A DNA stretch of 62,940 nt, the filler included, from Hyphochytrium catenoides (taxonomy: Eukaryota; Protista; Hyphochytriomycota): assembly GCA_900088475.1 (NCBI GenBank). It is 8 parts of 8 records of this genome, joined end to end, with 100 filler letters (N's around TTAATTAATTAA, not from the genome) between each part and the next. Parts side by side here need not be neighbours in the genome. Positions count along the whole stretch, not along the records: positions 1 to 16,487 come from FLMG01000161.1; positions 16,588 to 41,613 come from FLMG01004043.1; 6 more parts are not named here. One strand, written 5' to 3'. Under the pieces are notes generated by a model that worked only from the letters and a program-made list of their open reading frames with translations, did not search any database and was not told the origin of the DNA. A program made the translations under genes and the position numbers. Positions 14,101 to 26,057 of this stretch are shown one piece after another (position 1 is the first letter of the stretch; each line of letters begins with the position of its first letter).

Positions 14101-14681
14101 AGAGAGGAGGCGCGCAGAACAAGGAGAGCGAGACTTCAGCAGGAGGACTATTGACAGACGAACGCCTTAGAAAAGAACAGACATAGAAGATAGAAGACAT
14201 GAGCTCCAGAGAAGAGCGCCGGGAAGGAAACACAGCGAGAAAGCATGAGACGTCGAAAGGACGATAGAGCGAGACAGTGAGGGGAGAGAGAGTGACAGAG
14301 AGAAGAGAGAGAGAGAGGGAGAGAGAGAGAGAAGAGCGAGAGAGAGAGAGAGAAAGAGAGAGAGAGAAGAGCGAGCGAGCGAGAGAGTGAGCCGATGAGG
14401 AAGAGGAAGCATGAGAGTCTACCTGGGTGAGGCCAGTAACGGATGAACTCAAAGGAGACTCAAACTTGCTAACAACCTTTATTGAAAGGAACATGAAAGA
14501 TACATCATTCATCTTATATGGCTAGCTCTAATTGTATACTTTCAGGTTCAGAGGAATGAAAGATTCAAAAATAGTACAATAGTTTACAGCTAGTCACATC
14601 GAACAACAAACGATCACGGGTTGGCAGTATATGAAATCTCTCTCTCAACCAGTAGACTCTCTTTGTCAACGTGCATCACAC

Positions 14682-14718
14682 TCTCTCTTTCTCTCACTCT
14701 CTCTTTCTCTCTCTCTTT

Positions 14719-14764
<46 letters not shown>

Positions 14765-15005
14765 CTCTCTCTTCTCTCTCTCGCTCTCGCTCTTCTCTCT
14801 TTCTTTTCCTCTCTCTTTCTTTCTCTCTCTCTCTTTCTCTTTCTCTTTCTTCCTCTCTCTCTCTTTCTCTTTCTTTCTCTCTCTCTCTCTCTCTCCCTCT
14901 TTTCTTGGTCTCTCTCCCTCTCTGTTCTCTCTCAGGTCTCTCTCTGTCTCTCTCCCTCTTGGTCATCACTATTCTCCCTCTGGTTGGGTTCTCTCTCTCT
15001 CTCTA
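14682..15005. repeat. (CT)n/(AG)n microsatellite-like tract
   Basis: About 320 bp of almost pure C/T. It is representative of many such tracts in 8.6-17.7 kb, 43-48.5 kb, 51.4-53.4 kb and 61-62.9 kb. Confidence 0.95.
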
Positions 15006-15273
15006 GCATCGCGTCCCGCATTGCGTCTCTGCGGTCCATCTTCGTCTGTTCGCCATCATCGGCAGTGAAGCCTTCAGTCAGAGATCAAGACATACAGAGA
15101 CAGATTGTCTCGAGGTACACAGAAAGTTAGTCATTGCGCTCCAGATAGCAAGCCAGAGGAGGAAGAGAGAGAAGGGATCAGGGAAAGGAGGAATACATTT
15201 CAGCAGCGCCGCGCTCTTCCTTGGCACGTTGGCCACTTCCTGTCTGTCCTTCTCCTTTCTCTCCTAACAAAAG

Positions 15274-16430
15274 ATGCTACAGCTTCTCTCTTCCGCGCAC
15301 TCTTGCGCCCTGAGAGGGAAGAGAGCCCTCTCTCGCTCCCCGTCTGTCTCCCGTTTTCTCTCTATGAAGACGATCACTATCGATGAGAAGGCAATGCAGG
15401 TGCTGCTCAAAGATTTCAAGGCCTCTGAGAACTTTGACCTCGTCGTTATTGGATCTGGACCCGCGGCGCAAAAATGCGCGATAGACAGCGCGAAGAGAGG
15501 TGATTGTCTTCTTCCTCTTCTTGGTCTAGGCTCAGTCTCTGGCAGCAGCTTCTCTTAAATATTCCTCGTTGGGAGATGGACTGTTTGCTTTGGTCTCTGC
15601 CTTTGTCTTCCTTTTCATTCAATCCATTCCTTGCTCAGTAATGTTCCTTCCTTTCCTTCCTTTCTCTGTTTGTCTGGCTGTCTTCTTTCTCTGTATCGTC
15701 GCGTTAAGCCTGAGCACTGTCGTCCCGCGGTTTATCTATTACTTTTTTGCCGCGCATCTCATGCTCTACCTCGTGCTCCTAGCGGTCCCAGTCTTCTAGA
15801 CTTCCATCGCTTCTATGGCTGAAGAGCTCTCTCTCGCTCTTTATTGGCCTTCGCTCTTCTTTGACAGCATCTGCCGATATCTCCGCATCTTAGCACCTCC
15901 TTCGCTTTCTGCATATTAGTCTTTCCCTTGCGGGACTTCTTCACAAGTTTTGTCTCTTCCTTACCAGGACATGCCTCACATCCTCCCGCTTTCTTTTCTC
16001 TCTCTCTCTCTCTCTTTTGCTTCTTTCTCTCTTTCTTTCTCTTGCTTTGTTTAGGCAAAAAGGTTGCAGTGGTGGACAAGCGCGCTCTGCAGGGCGGCGT
16101 ATGTGTGCACACAGGCACGATACCAAGCAAGACCTTCAGAGAGGCGATCATCCATCTCACTGGCTATAGACACAAGGGATTCTATGGAAATTCTGCGCAG
16201 GTAAGAATCAAGAAAGAAAGAGAGAGAGACAGTGAGAGTTTGGGAGAAAGAGAGACGTCACGGGCGCCGTGCAGAGCTCTTACAGTCCACCCATCTCTCG
16301 CCTCTCCTCCTTTTCTCTGTTTCTCTCACATCTTTCAGCCCCTTCGCCGGATTGGTGTGTCTGACATCTTGGACAGAGTGAAGAAGGTCGAGCACGTGGA
16401 GACTGATATTGTGAGGGACCAGCTACTCAG
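15274..16430 (+). CDS. sthA: Soluble pyridine nucleotide transhydrogenase (SthA/UdhA type), 5' part with putative mitochondrial presequence; truncated by contig end
   Basis: Exons 15274-15499, 16055-16200 and 16339-16430 splice in frame. The product has the FAD Rossmann motif 'FDLVVIGSGPAAQKCA' and 'GGVCVHTGTIPSKTFREA' (CxxxxT instead of the CxxxxC of lipoamide dehydrogenase/glutathione reductase), followed by 'LTGYRHKGFYG'. Confidence 0.85.
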
Positions 16431-16531
16431 GTCAGTTTAGCATGCCGGAACTCTCGCTCCTCCCTGTTCTGCTCTCTCTCTCTCTCTNNNNNNNNNNNNN
16501 NNNNNNNNNNNNNNNNNNNNNNNNNNNNNNN

Positions 16532-16543
16532 TTAATTAATTAA
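16532..16543. other. Artificial contig-joining spacer TTAATTAATTAA within N runs (also at 41658, 48539, 51342, 53444, 57686, 58856)
   Basis: An identical 12-mer with stops in all six frames, flanked by N runs of similar length, occurs seven times. Confidence 0.95.
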
Positions 16544-16619
16544 NNNNNNNNNNNNNNNNNNNNNNNNNNNNNNNNNNNNNNNNNNNNAATCAATCGGAGC
16601 AGCTGACAGAATGTGAAGA

Positions 16620-17010
16620 AGGAGGAAAGAGACTGGGTAGCGTAGTGGTATATGATGGAGCTGAGTTTGCAAGGACATGAGCAAGCTACTAACTGCTATA
16701 TGCTGTACAGCGCGCAGCGAATCATTCATTGGCGCTCACCAGCTTGACAAGCAACATCGACAGGTTGTGGGTCATGCAGCAGGAACCTGCTCTAACCCAC
16801 CAAGCACGGATTTAGAAAGTTGCCTAATGGGAAGAAGGACAAAGGAAACTAGGCAATGAATTATGAAGGAGTTGAGGTTTGCAAGGACATGAGCAGGAGG
16901 CTAACACTACTACGTGCTGTACGTACAGCGCTTCACGGGCTGCTACCACCACTAGCTTGCCAAACAGCATCCATCGGTAAAAGCTGATGAGCTCGAGGAA
17001 CCTAGCTGCT
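16620..17010. repeat. Degenerate tandem duplication, period about 210 bp
   Basis: 'tatgatggagctgagtttgcaaggacatgagca..tgctgtacagcgc' at ~16651 recurs as 'tatgaaggagttgaggtttgcaaggacatgagca..tgctgtacgtacagcgc' at ~16862. Confidence 0.75.
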
Positions 17011-17470
17011 GTATGCTTCCAAGATGCTTATGTATCAATAATAACCTACAGGTCTGGGTTCACATACCTCAAGGTGCCTCAGCTCACTGGAAGATCACGA
17101 CAGGCCTTTGGACGCCGCAGTGTACTTCTTGAAGTGCTTTGAGGTGCAGGGATCGGAGTCATCCCAGAACGATTGCCGCTTATTCTTGCTCATCAATCTT
17201 AGCGCCATGGGACCGCAACCGGATTTAGAATTACATAATGATACTTGGGAATCTGAACGCATTTATTTAGGTACTGTATACATGGTTTCTTATTCCTGCT
17301 TATTCTGGTGGTGGTTATTACATAACCTTAGTTCTAGGTATTATTTTGGGATCATTATTATTGGTCCAGGTACAGTATCAGAAAAGGTTAGGATAGACGT
17401 GAAGCGTTTTAGTCATCGGTACGATGAATCCTAGGACTAACGCTTCACGTCTACAATACACAGCTTATTA

Positions 17471-17508
<38 letters not shown>

Positions 17509-18517
17509 CGCTCTCTCTCGCTCTCTCTCTCGCTCTCTCTCTCGCTCTCTGTCTCGCTCCCTCTCTCTCTCTCTCTCTCTCTCTGTTTTTCTTCTTCCTT
17601 TCTCTTGCTCCTCTCTCGTTCTTGCTTCTCTCTCTCTCTCTCTCTCTCTCCGCTCTCTCTCTCTCTCTCGCTCGCTCTCTCTCTCTCTCTCTCGCTCTCT
17701 CGCTGTGTGTGTGTGTGTGTGAAAGCGCTAGTCTTCTTCCCCAGCGTTTTTGGTCTTGACCTGTTCTCCCGCTCTTTCTCACACTTTCTTACTCGTACAG
17801 GTACACTCTCCATGTATTTCCATTTTCTATGGCAAATTGCTGGCTTGCAGTTGGGTCTCTTCAACATCTGTCAGCGGCCTTATTATTTATAGATGCATCC
17901 CGACGGTGCCACCATGATAGAGATGAAGGTCCTACCCGCAGCGTCACCAGCGCTCTCTCTCTTCTCTCTGTCCTCAGACCTCAGAGCAATTGAACCATCA
18001 GACTGGCTCTGTCGCTTGCCGTCAGCAGGGATCTGCCTAACCTCCATTGTCCGACTCCGCAGCTTAGCGGTGGTTCTGCGCTGCCTCCTATGCTGCCTAT
18101 TGTTCTTTGTTTTTTATAACTTTCTGCTCATTATTCGCGACCACCTCGGCTCATACCTCATCATCTCCTAAAACTCCTAATAACCCTTTGAAGTTATTTG
18201 ACTTGGCTCCTCCTAGGTCTATCGGCTTCATGTTGCTACGTGCCAGTACTTTTCCGGCTCACTCTCAATCTCTGGCTGGCATTTGCCATAAGTGTCCTTG
18301 CGCTCTTCTCTGCTATATACAAAGTGCATTGTCTGCATCACGGCTGCTGGAGAGGGAAGGGAAGTAAAAGTTAAAGACCCTGCCTTGATTTTCAGAGCCT
18401 CGGCGCACTGGCCCCGACTTCAGCTTCACGGTGGTTTTGTTCATTAGAGTCAGGATGACCCTTTGTGCTGCCTTCTACGGAACATAGCAGGTTGCAGGTC
18501 CGCCTAATAGAAGGAGG

Positions 18518-21110
18518 ATGGAGTCGATCAATAGTACTGCCATCAGGGGCTATGACCACGGTGGCTACGGCCACCAGGCAGACTTCACCGTCCATAACGT
18601 CATCATCCATCTCACGCAGCTCGATGTATGGAGCACACTGATCCTGGTGGGATTTGCTCTCTCGGCGGTGGCAGTGATGGCCGTCCTGATCTTCATAGTG
18701 AAGCGAAAGAGGTGGCGGCGCGTAGTGGATCGCATTATGATGATGATTTGCTTGTCAGACTTGACGTATGCCATCTTCGGCACACTGTTGATGAAGCACT
18801 GGTATCTAGTAAAGGATGGAAACTTTGCTTGGGCTACTTTTGCTCTAGCTGGCGGAGGCTTCATTGGAGCGCAGCTCTGGACTGTGGCTCTGATCGTCTA
18901 CGTGGGTCGGGCCGTCAAGATGAATAGCTACACAGCTCCCCTCACTGTACGGGGTGAGATACTCCAGTTTATAGCCATATTCCTATTATCCTTCACGGGA
19001 CCAATGATTGACGTCGCAGTCGGGCTCACGTCGACATCTTCCTGGAGCTCAATGATTGCTCTGCTTTGCCAGTTAGTTGGAGTCGCTCTGAGCCTTATGG
19101 TAACGCTGATCTGGGGTCTGTGCGTGGCTTACACGGTGAAGACTACCGCTGTCCGGACGGCAAGTAGACTCAAAAGGATCTGCGTATTAGGAGTCATCCT
19201 CTGGTCTGTCGCCACTATCGCTGCAGTGGGCGGGCTTGTAGGCATCTTAACGATGCGCACTACACCGGAGTCGTCCTGGTCAAGAAAGGAAAATTTTACC
19301 AGGCTCATCGAGGTTACCTTTATCAGTCTTCTCTTCACAGTCTCATACCATGGAGTGGTGAACGGAATGCTCTTCTTTGTCAACCGTCAGTGCATTCGGA
19401 ATGAGCTTAGTCGGCGAAAGACGCAAGATGCACTGAGGTCGCCAAATATGTCCAATCGACCCACTTCCCCGGGCAGTACACCCAGGTCTAACACCATGTA
19501 TCTTCGAAGGTTTCCGACCCTGCTAGAGGTAAGAGTATGCCCTATGAGAGATTGACAGTGGTGGTAAAAGATGGAAGAACTTACCTCGTTTGCCATGGAC
19601 CAGTACTGTGAAGTCGAGCTAGGGAAGAGCATTGGTGTTGGGGCTTTTGGCACGGTATACCAGGTGAGTTAGTTGCGACGGATGCATCACAATTGGCATG
19701 GGCTGACCTCCGCCATCTTCAGGGCAAGTGGAGAGGGATAGCGGTAGCAGTAAAGCAGTGTCATGGATTCTTAAGGGATGCCTATGGAAGTACTGAGGTT
19801 GACGAGCAAGTCCGGAAAGAGGCCAACGCCATGAATGCCTTACGTCATCCCAATATTGTTCTCTTCTTGGGGGCAGCTATTACGCAGGAAGAAGGCAATT
19901 TGGTCATTATTAGGTGTGTCTCAGTTTTCTGGATAACTACTATCACTGCGACTCATGCCGTACTTGCTCCTTCAGCGAATATTGCGCAAATGGCTCTCTT
20001 TTCGACATCCTCCATAGCAAAGATCAGCGGCGCACTCTGAGCTGGAAAGCCAAGCGAAGATTAGCACTGGGGGCTTGCCGAGGTCTTTTGTACTTGCATT
20101 CTGCACATCCTCCGCTGGTACATCGAGACCTGAAGAGCGCGAACATTTTGGTGGACGAAGGGCTAAATGGGAAGGTATTGACCCTTGTTCTGTCGGCACG
20201 ATCGTTTCTTTCTAGCGCTAACTGTAATGTGGTAGCTTACGGACTTTGGGACCCTTCGTGTGCTGAACGCGGCTACGACTGCGAGAAACAGTCAAAAGCA
20301 GCCTGGGAAGGCTGGTGGCAACCCAACTATGTCAACGGCTGTCGGTACTACACGATGGACTGCTCCGGAGATATTAAGGGGCCAGGTTGGAGCCGGTGAT
20401 AGCGCAGAATATTCAGAGTCCGTAGACATCTATAGCTTTGGAATGGTACTCTATGAACTGGCAGCGGAGGAGCTTCCCTTTGCAGAATTGGGATCAAATA
20501 TTGAGGTAACGTCCAAGTTCCCTTTTCCACCCTTTATTGGCCACTTTTGCTTACCATCACGTGGCGTGGGCATATCTAGGTTTGGGAAGCTGTGACCTCA
20601 GGCAAGAGGCCCGTGGTGCAGAAAGGAAAGTGCAATGAAGCATGGCATAGTCTCATCAAAAGCTGCTGGATGGAGGATCCCGGCTTGAGGCCCACAGCAT
20701 CTCAAGTGGTTAAGAAATTGGAAGAAATGGTCACAGAGGAGGATGAGCATAACTGGAGATTCTCGGAGATATCAATGTTCAACGTCCGACCAGATAGCTC
20801 CCAGCATACGATGGATGATGTCGAGCAGGGAACTTACTTTATATCAAACCGGAGTTCGAGCGGTTCAACGCCTCAATCTTCAGTCCGAGAGACAGCATAT
20901 TTCTCCTTTGTGGGGTCTGTCTGGAACTATCGCCGAAGTATGGCCAGCAAGAATGATGCAGGGACGATGCGCTTTTCCAAGTTCTCTTCTTCTGTCCTAA
21001 TGACCAGCACCCACAAGGAGGAAGAGCATCACGTCTACAGGTCTTCAGAGGACTTGGAGCCTACCTCAACGCTCTGGGCTCGCTGGAAGAAGCTATGGCG
21101 CCCTCACTAA
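18518..21110 (+). CDS. 7TM (cAMP-receptor-like GPCR) fused to a tyrosine-kinase-like (TKL) protein kinase, 6 exons
   Basis: Exons 18518-19528, 19571-19663, 19723-19913, 19976-20174, 20236-20506 and 20580-21110 are in phase. Exon 1 has seven hydrophobic segments (TM2 'CLSDL', TM7 'HGVVNGMLFF'). Kinase motifs: IGVGAFGTVY, VAVK, LRHPNIVLFLG, HRDLKSAN, DFG, GTTRWTAPE, DIYSFG, CW..DP..RP. Confidence 0.88.
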
Positions 21111-21410
21111 CAACCATAAAGTTGCACCCAGCTCCAGAGGCTATCGGGACTTCATCGTTCTAATTCAGCCTATTTATAAGTTAATATTTATTGATCTAGA
21201 CCGCGGCTGACAAAATGTCGACCGCCCACCTGATACCTTTGATCCTTGCTCTGCCCCCCTTCCCCCCGCTGGTCAATTATGGCGACTGCGCTGGGAATCC
21301 GTCACGGGCTAGTTCCGCTCATTGCTAAATAAAATACACCTGTCCATGCTGCCCTATCATACACCTGACACAACTAACAACCTATTAACCTAGCCTACCT
21401 CTCTCTCTCT

Positions 21411-21977
21411 TTAAGTCAAGCTAATCATTGTGCAAAGCAGTTCCTCGTCCTCTTTTCTGACAAACCGCCCCTTCACACGTAGCCTTGAATCCGCGAAGTT
21501 CTTCCTAACGTCATAATCAACCTTCTTGGCCCAAACGCGACGCTTTCTCTTTTCAAGAAACTTCTCAATCCGCTTCCGCCGGGCTTCAGGGCTGTATGCA
21601 CCAATGTATCGCCCAGAGTGGCTGGATGAGATGGTTGAAGCCTTCATTAAATCCAGACTAAGTGATCTAGAGTAACGTGAAGAGTGAGCAGTCCTGTGGG
21701 AAAAAGTTGGTCATCATCGTCTACTTACCCTTCGATGTCCATAAAGTCTGATCCATCTGATACAGTGGAAGCAACAGATAGAGCCCGAAGACGAGGATAT
21801 CTCCAGATATCGCCCACGCTTGTAGGACTGCAGTCTTGCCCANNNNNNNNNNNNNNNNNNNNNNNNNNNNNNNNNNNNNNNNNNNNNNNNNNNNNNNNNN
21901 NNNNNCTTCAAAGCTGAATGGGAGAGTGCTACAAGCGACTCTGCAACAGAGATTGACTCCAAATCAACTGCTTCCAT
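21411..21977 (-). CDS. CCT-motif protein (CONSTANS/CO-like/TOC1 motif), spliced, spans an N gap
   Basis: C-terminal 'IGAYSPEARRKRIEKFLEKRKRRVWAKKVDYDVRKNFADSRLRVKGRFV' is a CCT motif. There is a GTAAG..CAG intron at ~21728-21694, and a probable 5'UTR intron upstream of ATG 21977. Confidence 0.85.
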
Positions 21978-24965
21978 CTTGTCTTTCCTATAACTGGGTG
22001 GCGAGATAATAGTGAGTGAACCGACTGAATAACAGCTCCTTTGAGCAGATAGTACTTACTCTAAGCAGGAGTGTGTTTCTCAAAATCCAGATATCTTTAG
22101 ATAAAGAAGGCCCTCCAGAGATTATGTGCTTTGGTGCGCCAGTACAAGGTGCGGTGAACAAGTCTGAATCTCTCAATGACAGGAGCTCTTTGTTGTCGGT
22201 GACTGTGGTCTGAAAAGGTCCTACGAGTAATGAGAAAGGATGCAGCTGTGCGCTTCCCCTCTTTGCTGATGACTCAATGACTGTCCTTGTTTCTTCTTGA
22301 CTTTTACATCTATGAGGGGAGATGCGAGAGGCTTGGCGCCGTCCAAAAGCCCGCACAAAGATATAGACAGACCTACGGGCATAAGGACCTGGCGCGATCC
22401 CACAGAGAGAGAAATGAGGAACAGACCCTGGGCTTAGCACTGTCCTTGACGTGATGATGTCCCATTGTCAATACTTCTGACAGGAACAAAGGCAAGAGAC
22501 AGAGGCACAAGCGAGGTCCTCACCCAACCTCAACCTTGTGTTTCTCTCTCTCACCGCCTCTCTTCGTCAAACTCACCATGCCATTCAAAGTTAAAGAACA
22601 CTGTCAATTTACCTCTGATGGTAATCCAAACCCAGATTGTTGGTCTACCAGGAAAGAGCTGTGTGGTTGCGTGTGGTAGTGCTGTAGAAAGGGCTGCCTC
22701 CACAAGCACTCCTGGAAACATGAAGGTACATATTATTGTGGACATACAGAGTCCGAGATGTGCAGTCATTTTACTCTGCCAATAGAACCACGAGATCAGA
22801 GCCCTTAGCCTGGTTTTCTTATGGTACCTCAACTAAGCCCACAGGGTTCTAAATAGATCTTTTTTTATTCCTAATAAGCCAAGCAGACAGACTGACCTCA
22901 CAAGCTCTTCGAGGCGTCCTTACCAAAAGTGTGCGATAGGCAGTCAAACCCAAAGTGGACCCGGTCACAACCTTGGCCGCCTCACCTAACAGAACAAAGA
23001 ATCTTCCTCAAAATTGGAAGTTCCTAGTCCTGTCAGTAGAACCATGGAGGAGGATAAACGCTACAGGGTGTTGTAGGACTATGACTGTATTTCCTACATC
23101 CCTTTCTCTGACCCATTTCCGGCCCTTGTTCTTCTATTTTCCTTGTTCCTCTTGCTAGAACGACCACCTGCAGGAACTTGCCCAATCGTAAGCTCAATCA
23201 CTTTCTTCATCATTCTGGACTGCTTGGTTCACTGCTTGGTTCACACGATAGGTTTGCTTCGTACACAAACACCTGGTAGAAGAGGAGGACGTAATGCTTT
23301 TCAAGTCCCACCTCCCACCCTCTTTCTTCTCTCGCATGACCAACTTCAACCTTAACTTTTACAAAAAGCTCTCGGGAACTTTGGGCAGTTCTTTTCGTTA
23401 GTGGTCAAGTAGCTGATAAGGTCAAATCGGAAAGAAACATTCCATCATTGGATAAATTCGGTCGACCCTGCTGATTCCAGGTCTCTGCTGGACAAAAAGT
23501 GCTTTTCGCCTTTGTTCCAGTAAGACCGCAACAGTGACACCACTCTGTCCAACTTCCCTTCTTTTCTACACATCGTGACTTGGCACTACTACTACACTAG
23601 GAACTAGTTCTTCTTACTGTACAGCTTTGCTGCGGTGTTGTCCAGAACCAACGGTTTTTCTTCATGCCCTTGAGTAACAGCCTACGAGGGAGTTCACAAA
23701 GACGCAATACTCTTACTATAGCTCTATGGTAACAAAAACTGAAATGCTTCCTACTACCCTTCAGGCAATATTCATAGATAGATCTTCTTCATCATGATGA
23801 TGAAGCCAATCAGCAGTAGAGAACTATTTTATTGCGCATTCCTCTTCAGTAGTTGGACCGCTCTCTTGTTGCGTTGTCGAAAGTGATGATGGTCTTGGTG
23901 CCCTTTCTTCCTCTCCTCCTTCTCCCATCGCTATTGCTGAGGAAATTGTTTATGATACTTCCTCTTCTGATGGTAGTGGTGATTGGGAAGGCGGGGNNNN
24001 NNNNNNNNNNNNNNNNNNAGAAGGAAGAGTTGAAGAGACCAAGATCGTAGAAGTAGCTCCCCTTTTTTCTTCCTCCTATTCTTCTCTTTACTTCTTTTCT
24101 CCTTCTTCGTGGTTCCTCGTAAGTAGTAGAACTAGTAGCTGATAGAAGGATAAGGTTCTCTTATGATGAAGGAGAAGAATGAAATTGATAATAGTTGATA
24201 AAGAAGAGTAACGACAAATGATTGGAACATCTTATCTCTTCATTATCTTCTCTCCTTCACCATCCTATCCTTCTTTCCCCTTCCTCTTGCACAGGGAGGT
24301 AAAAGACAAAAAAAGATATTGCTTAGCCTCTCTTTGACAGATATGGAACGGACAGGCTTACACGATTTTTCAATCTCTTCTGGTCTGTAGATGTTGAGGC
24401 ATGGAAGAGATGATGAGGCAAGTCACTATAGATAGATTTTCGTCGTGTCGTGATATACCCATATAATTTTGTCGGCAACTCAGGCGATTACCTTAGATTT
24501 CTTGATTCTCAACTCCATGCTGATAAATTTTAGCGATCTTTATCACTTCCATCACTTAGCTGTTTCACCAGAGATGGCGATCATACTTCGTCGATCCGAT
24601 AGTTCTTATCTTACTGCCTTTGCGTACTCCCAAGTCGCGCAGTTTCCACTAGCCATCCATTGACATTACGTTGTCCACGTCGTTTTTTATTCCTCACAGT
24701 CAACATGTAGACACTCTATTTCATGGGATCAATAAACTACCTTCACTAGCGAGGCCAAAAATTCTGGCACAATGAGCAGGGACAAGAATGGGAGAGATAG
24801 AAGCTTGTCATGTCGGAGATACTTGACACTTTGCCTTATGTAACATGTTAAATGGGTTGAAGGTTGCTAAGACCATGCAGCAATGTTGCTACAGAATGGA
24901 TTAGACTATGTACAGGAATGCTAATAAGTGCGCACTGGCAACAGGACAGCGAGGGTGCAGTGCCT

Positions 24966-25569
24966 TCAGCAAAAGAGCTCACGGTACTTGCCCGCTGCCA
25001 GATTTACCAGTCTGTCATAGTTTGCGAGATCTGTTTGAAACGGCCTACATTTAGCTCCAGAGAACAGAAGTTGTCAGGCTCAACAGAAGCTCACCAAATT
25101 CTCCTGGAAATTCGCAGCACTTCATCTCTTCAATGGATAAGTCAGGGTTAACTCTTCCTATGACCTCAACATATTGACTAAGGAAGCGTCGTTAGATTGT
25201 AGTTCAAGCATAGGTTGAGGCTTGAGCCGCTCAAATAACGCAAATACCTCATATATGAGCTCCCTGGGCCAGCCATAACATGGACATTATTTCCATCCTA
25301 TCCGGTCGGTTAGTGCCATAATGCAGCTTGTACAGGGCACCTCCAACTTACCGATGCTCTTACAACCACCTTCTGACCCTCCACGGCCACCACCTGTCCG
25401 ATGAGTCTTACGATGGCACCCACATGACGATGCAGACTTGCTTGATTCACCCGAGGGGTGATGAATTGCTGGATTTTTGGAAAACAGCCAACCGTCTGTT
25501 AGAGATGCTAGAATCGCAGGCGGTCATGCCCACATAGGGACTTCATAAGGGCTCATATACCTCGGCCAT
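24966..25569 (-). CDS. RPA3: Replication protein A 14 kDa subunit, 5 short exons (absent from ORF track)
   Basis: Spliced product: MAE|QFITPRVNQASLHRHVGAIVRLIGQVVAVEGQKVVVRAS|DGNNVHVMAGPGSSYMS|QYVEVIGRVNPDLSIEEMKCCEFPGEFD|LANYDRLVNLAAGKYRELFC*. All introns are GT..AG. RPA3 OB-fold motifs PRVN, VEVIGRV and FDL..Y are present. Confidence 0.88.
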
Positions 25570-26057
25570 TGTCTGTTACGCTTCAGCTCTTCCGCTAGTC
25601 AGCGAGTGTATCCTGTTCTTGTGGCTCAAGCCTCTATGATAGTCTCTGAACCTGGCCAGAACTGAGCTTTGAAAGAACAGCTTCCTAGACAAACTGCTGT
25701 AAGCATTTGCAGGAATTTGGCGGCTGCCGCCCCACAGGTTTTTGGCGGGAAGAGGAAAGCTTCAGGGCATATATTCCCGGAGAGTCCGATTGCTTTCGCT
25801 TATTAAATCTTGTATCAGTCTGAAACGTTGCATAAATGTTGCAGTAAACTTGCATTGAAACCTTTCCATCGTACTGCGTTTGAGCTTTCAGAGATTTCAT
25901 TGCCAGCAACTGGCGTGATCCTTCTAATGCCACTGCTGCAACGGAGCTGCAATAAGCAGGCGAAGACAGCGACACGGCGTTATAGTGCCATTATGATACA
26001 TTATCGCTGCGAATCTTCCAGCTCTCGAAATGAAGAGCAGTTATACTCGCATTTTCC

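Noticed and set aside
15274-16430. Dihydrolipoamide dehydrogenase or glutathione reductase call
   Set aside because: The second redox Cys is replaced by Thr, and the downstream sequence fits SthA.
16488-16587. TTAATTAATTAA repeated seven times as a biological motif or array
   Set aside because: Always embedded in N runs of similar length: an artificial six-frame-stop contig linker. No operon or cluster inference should be made across it.
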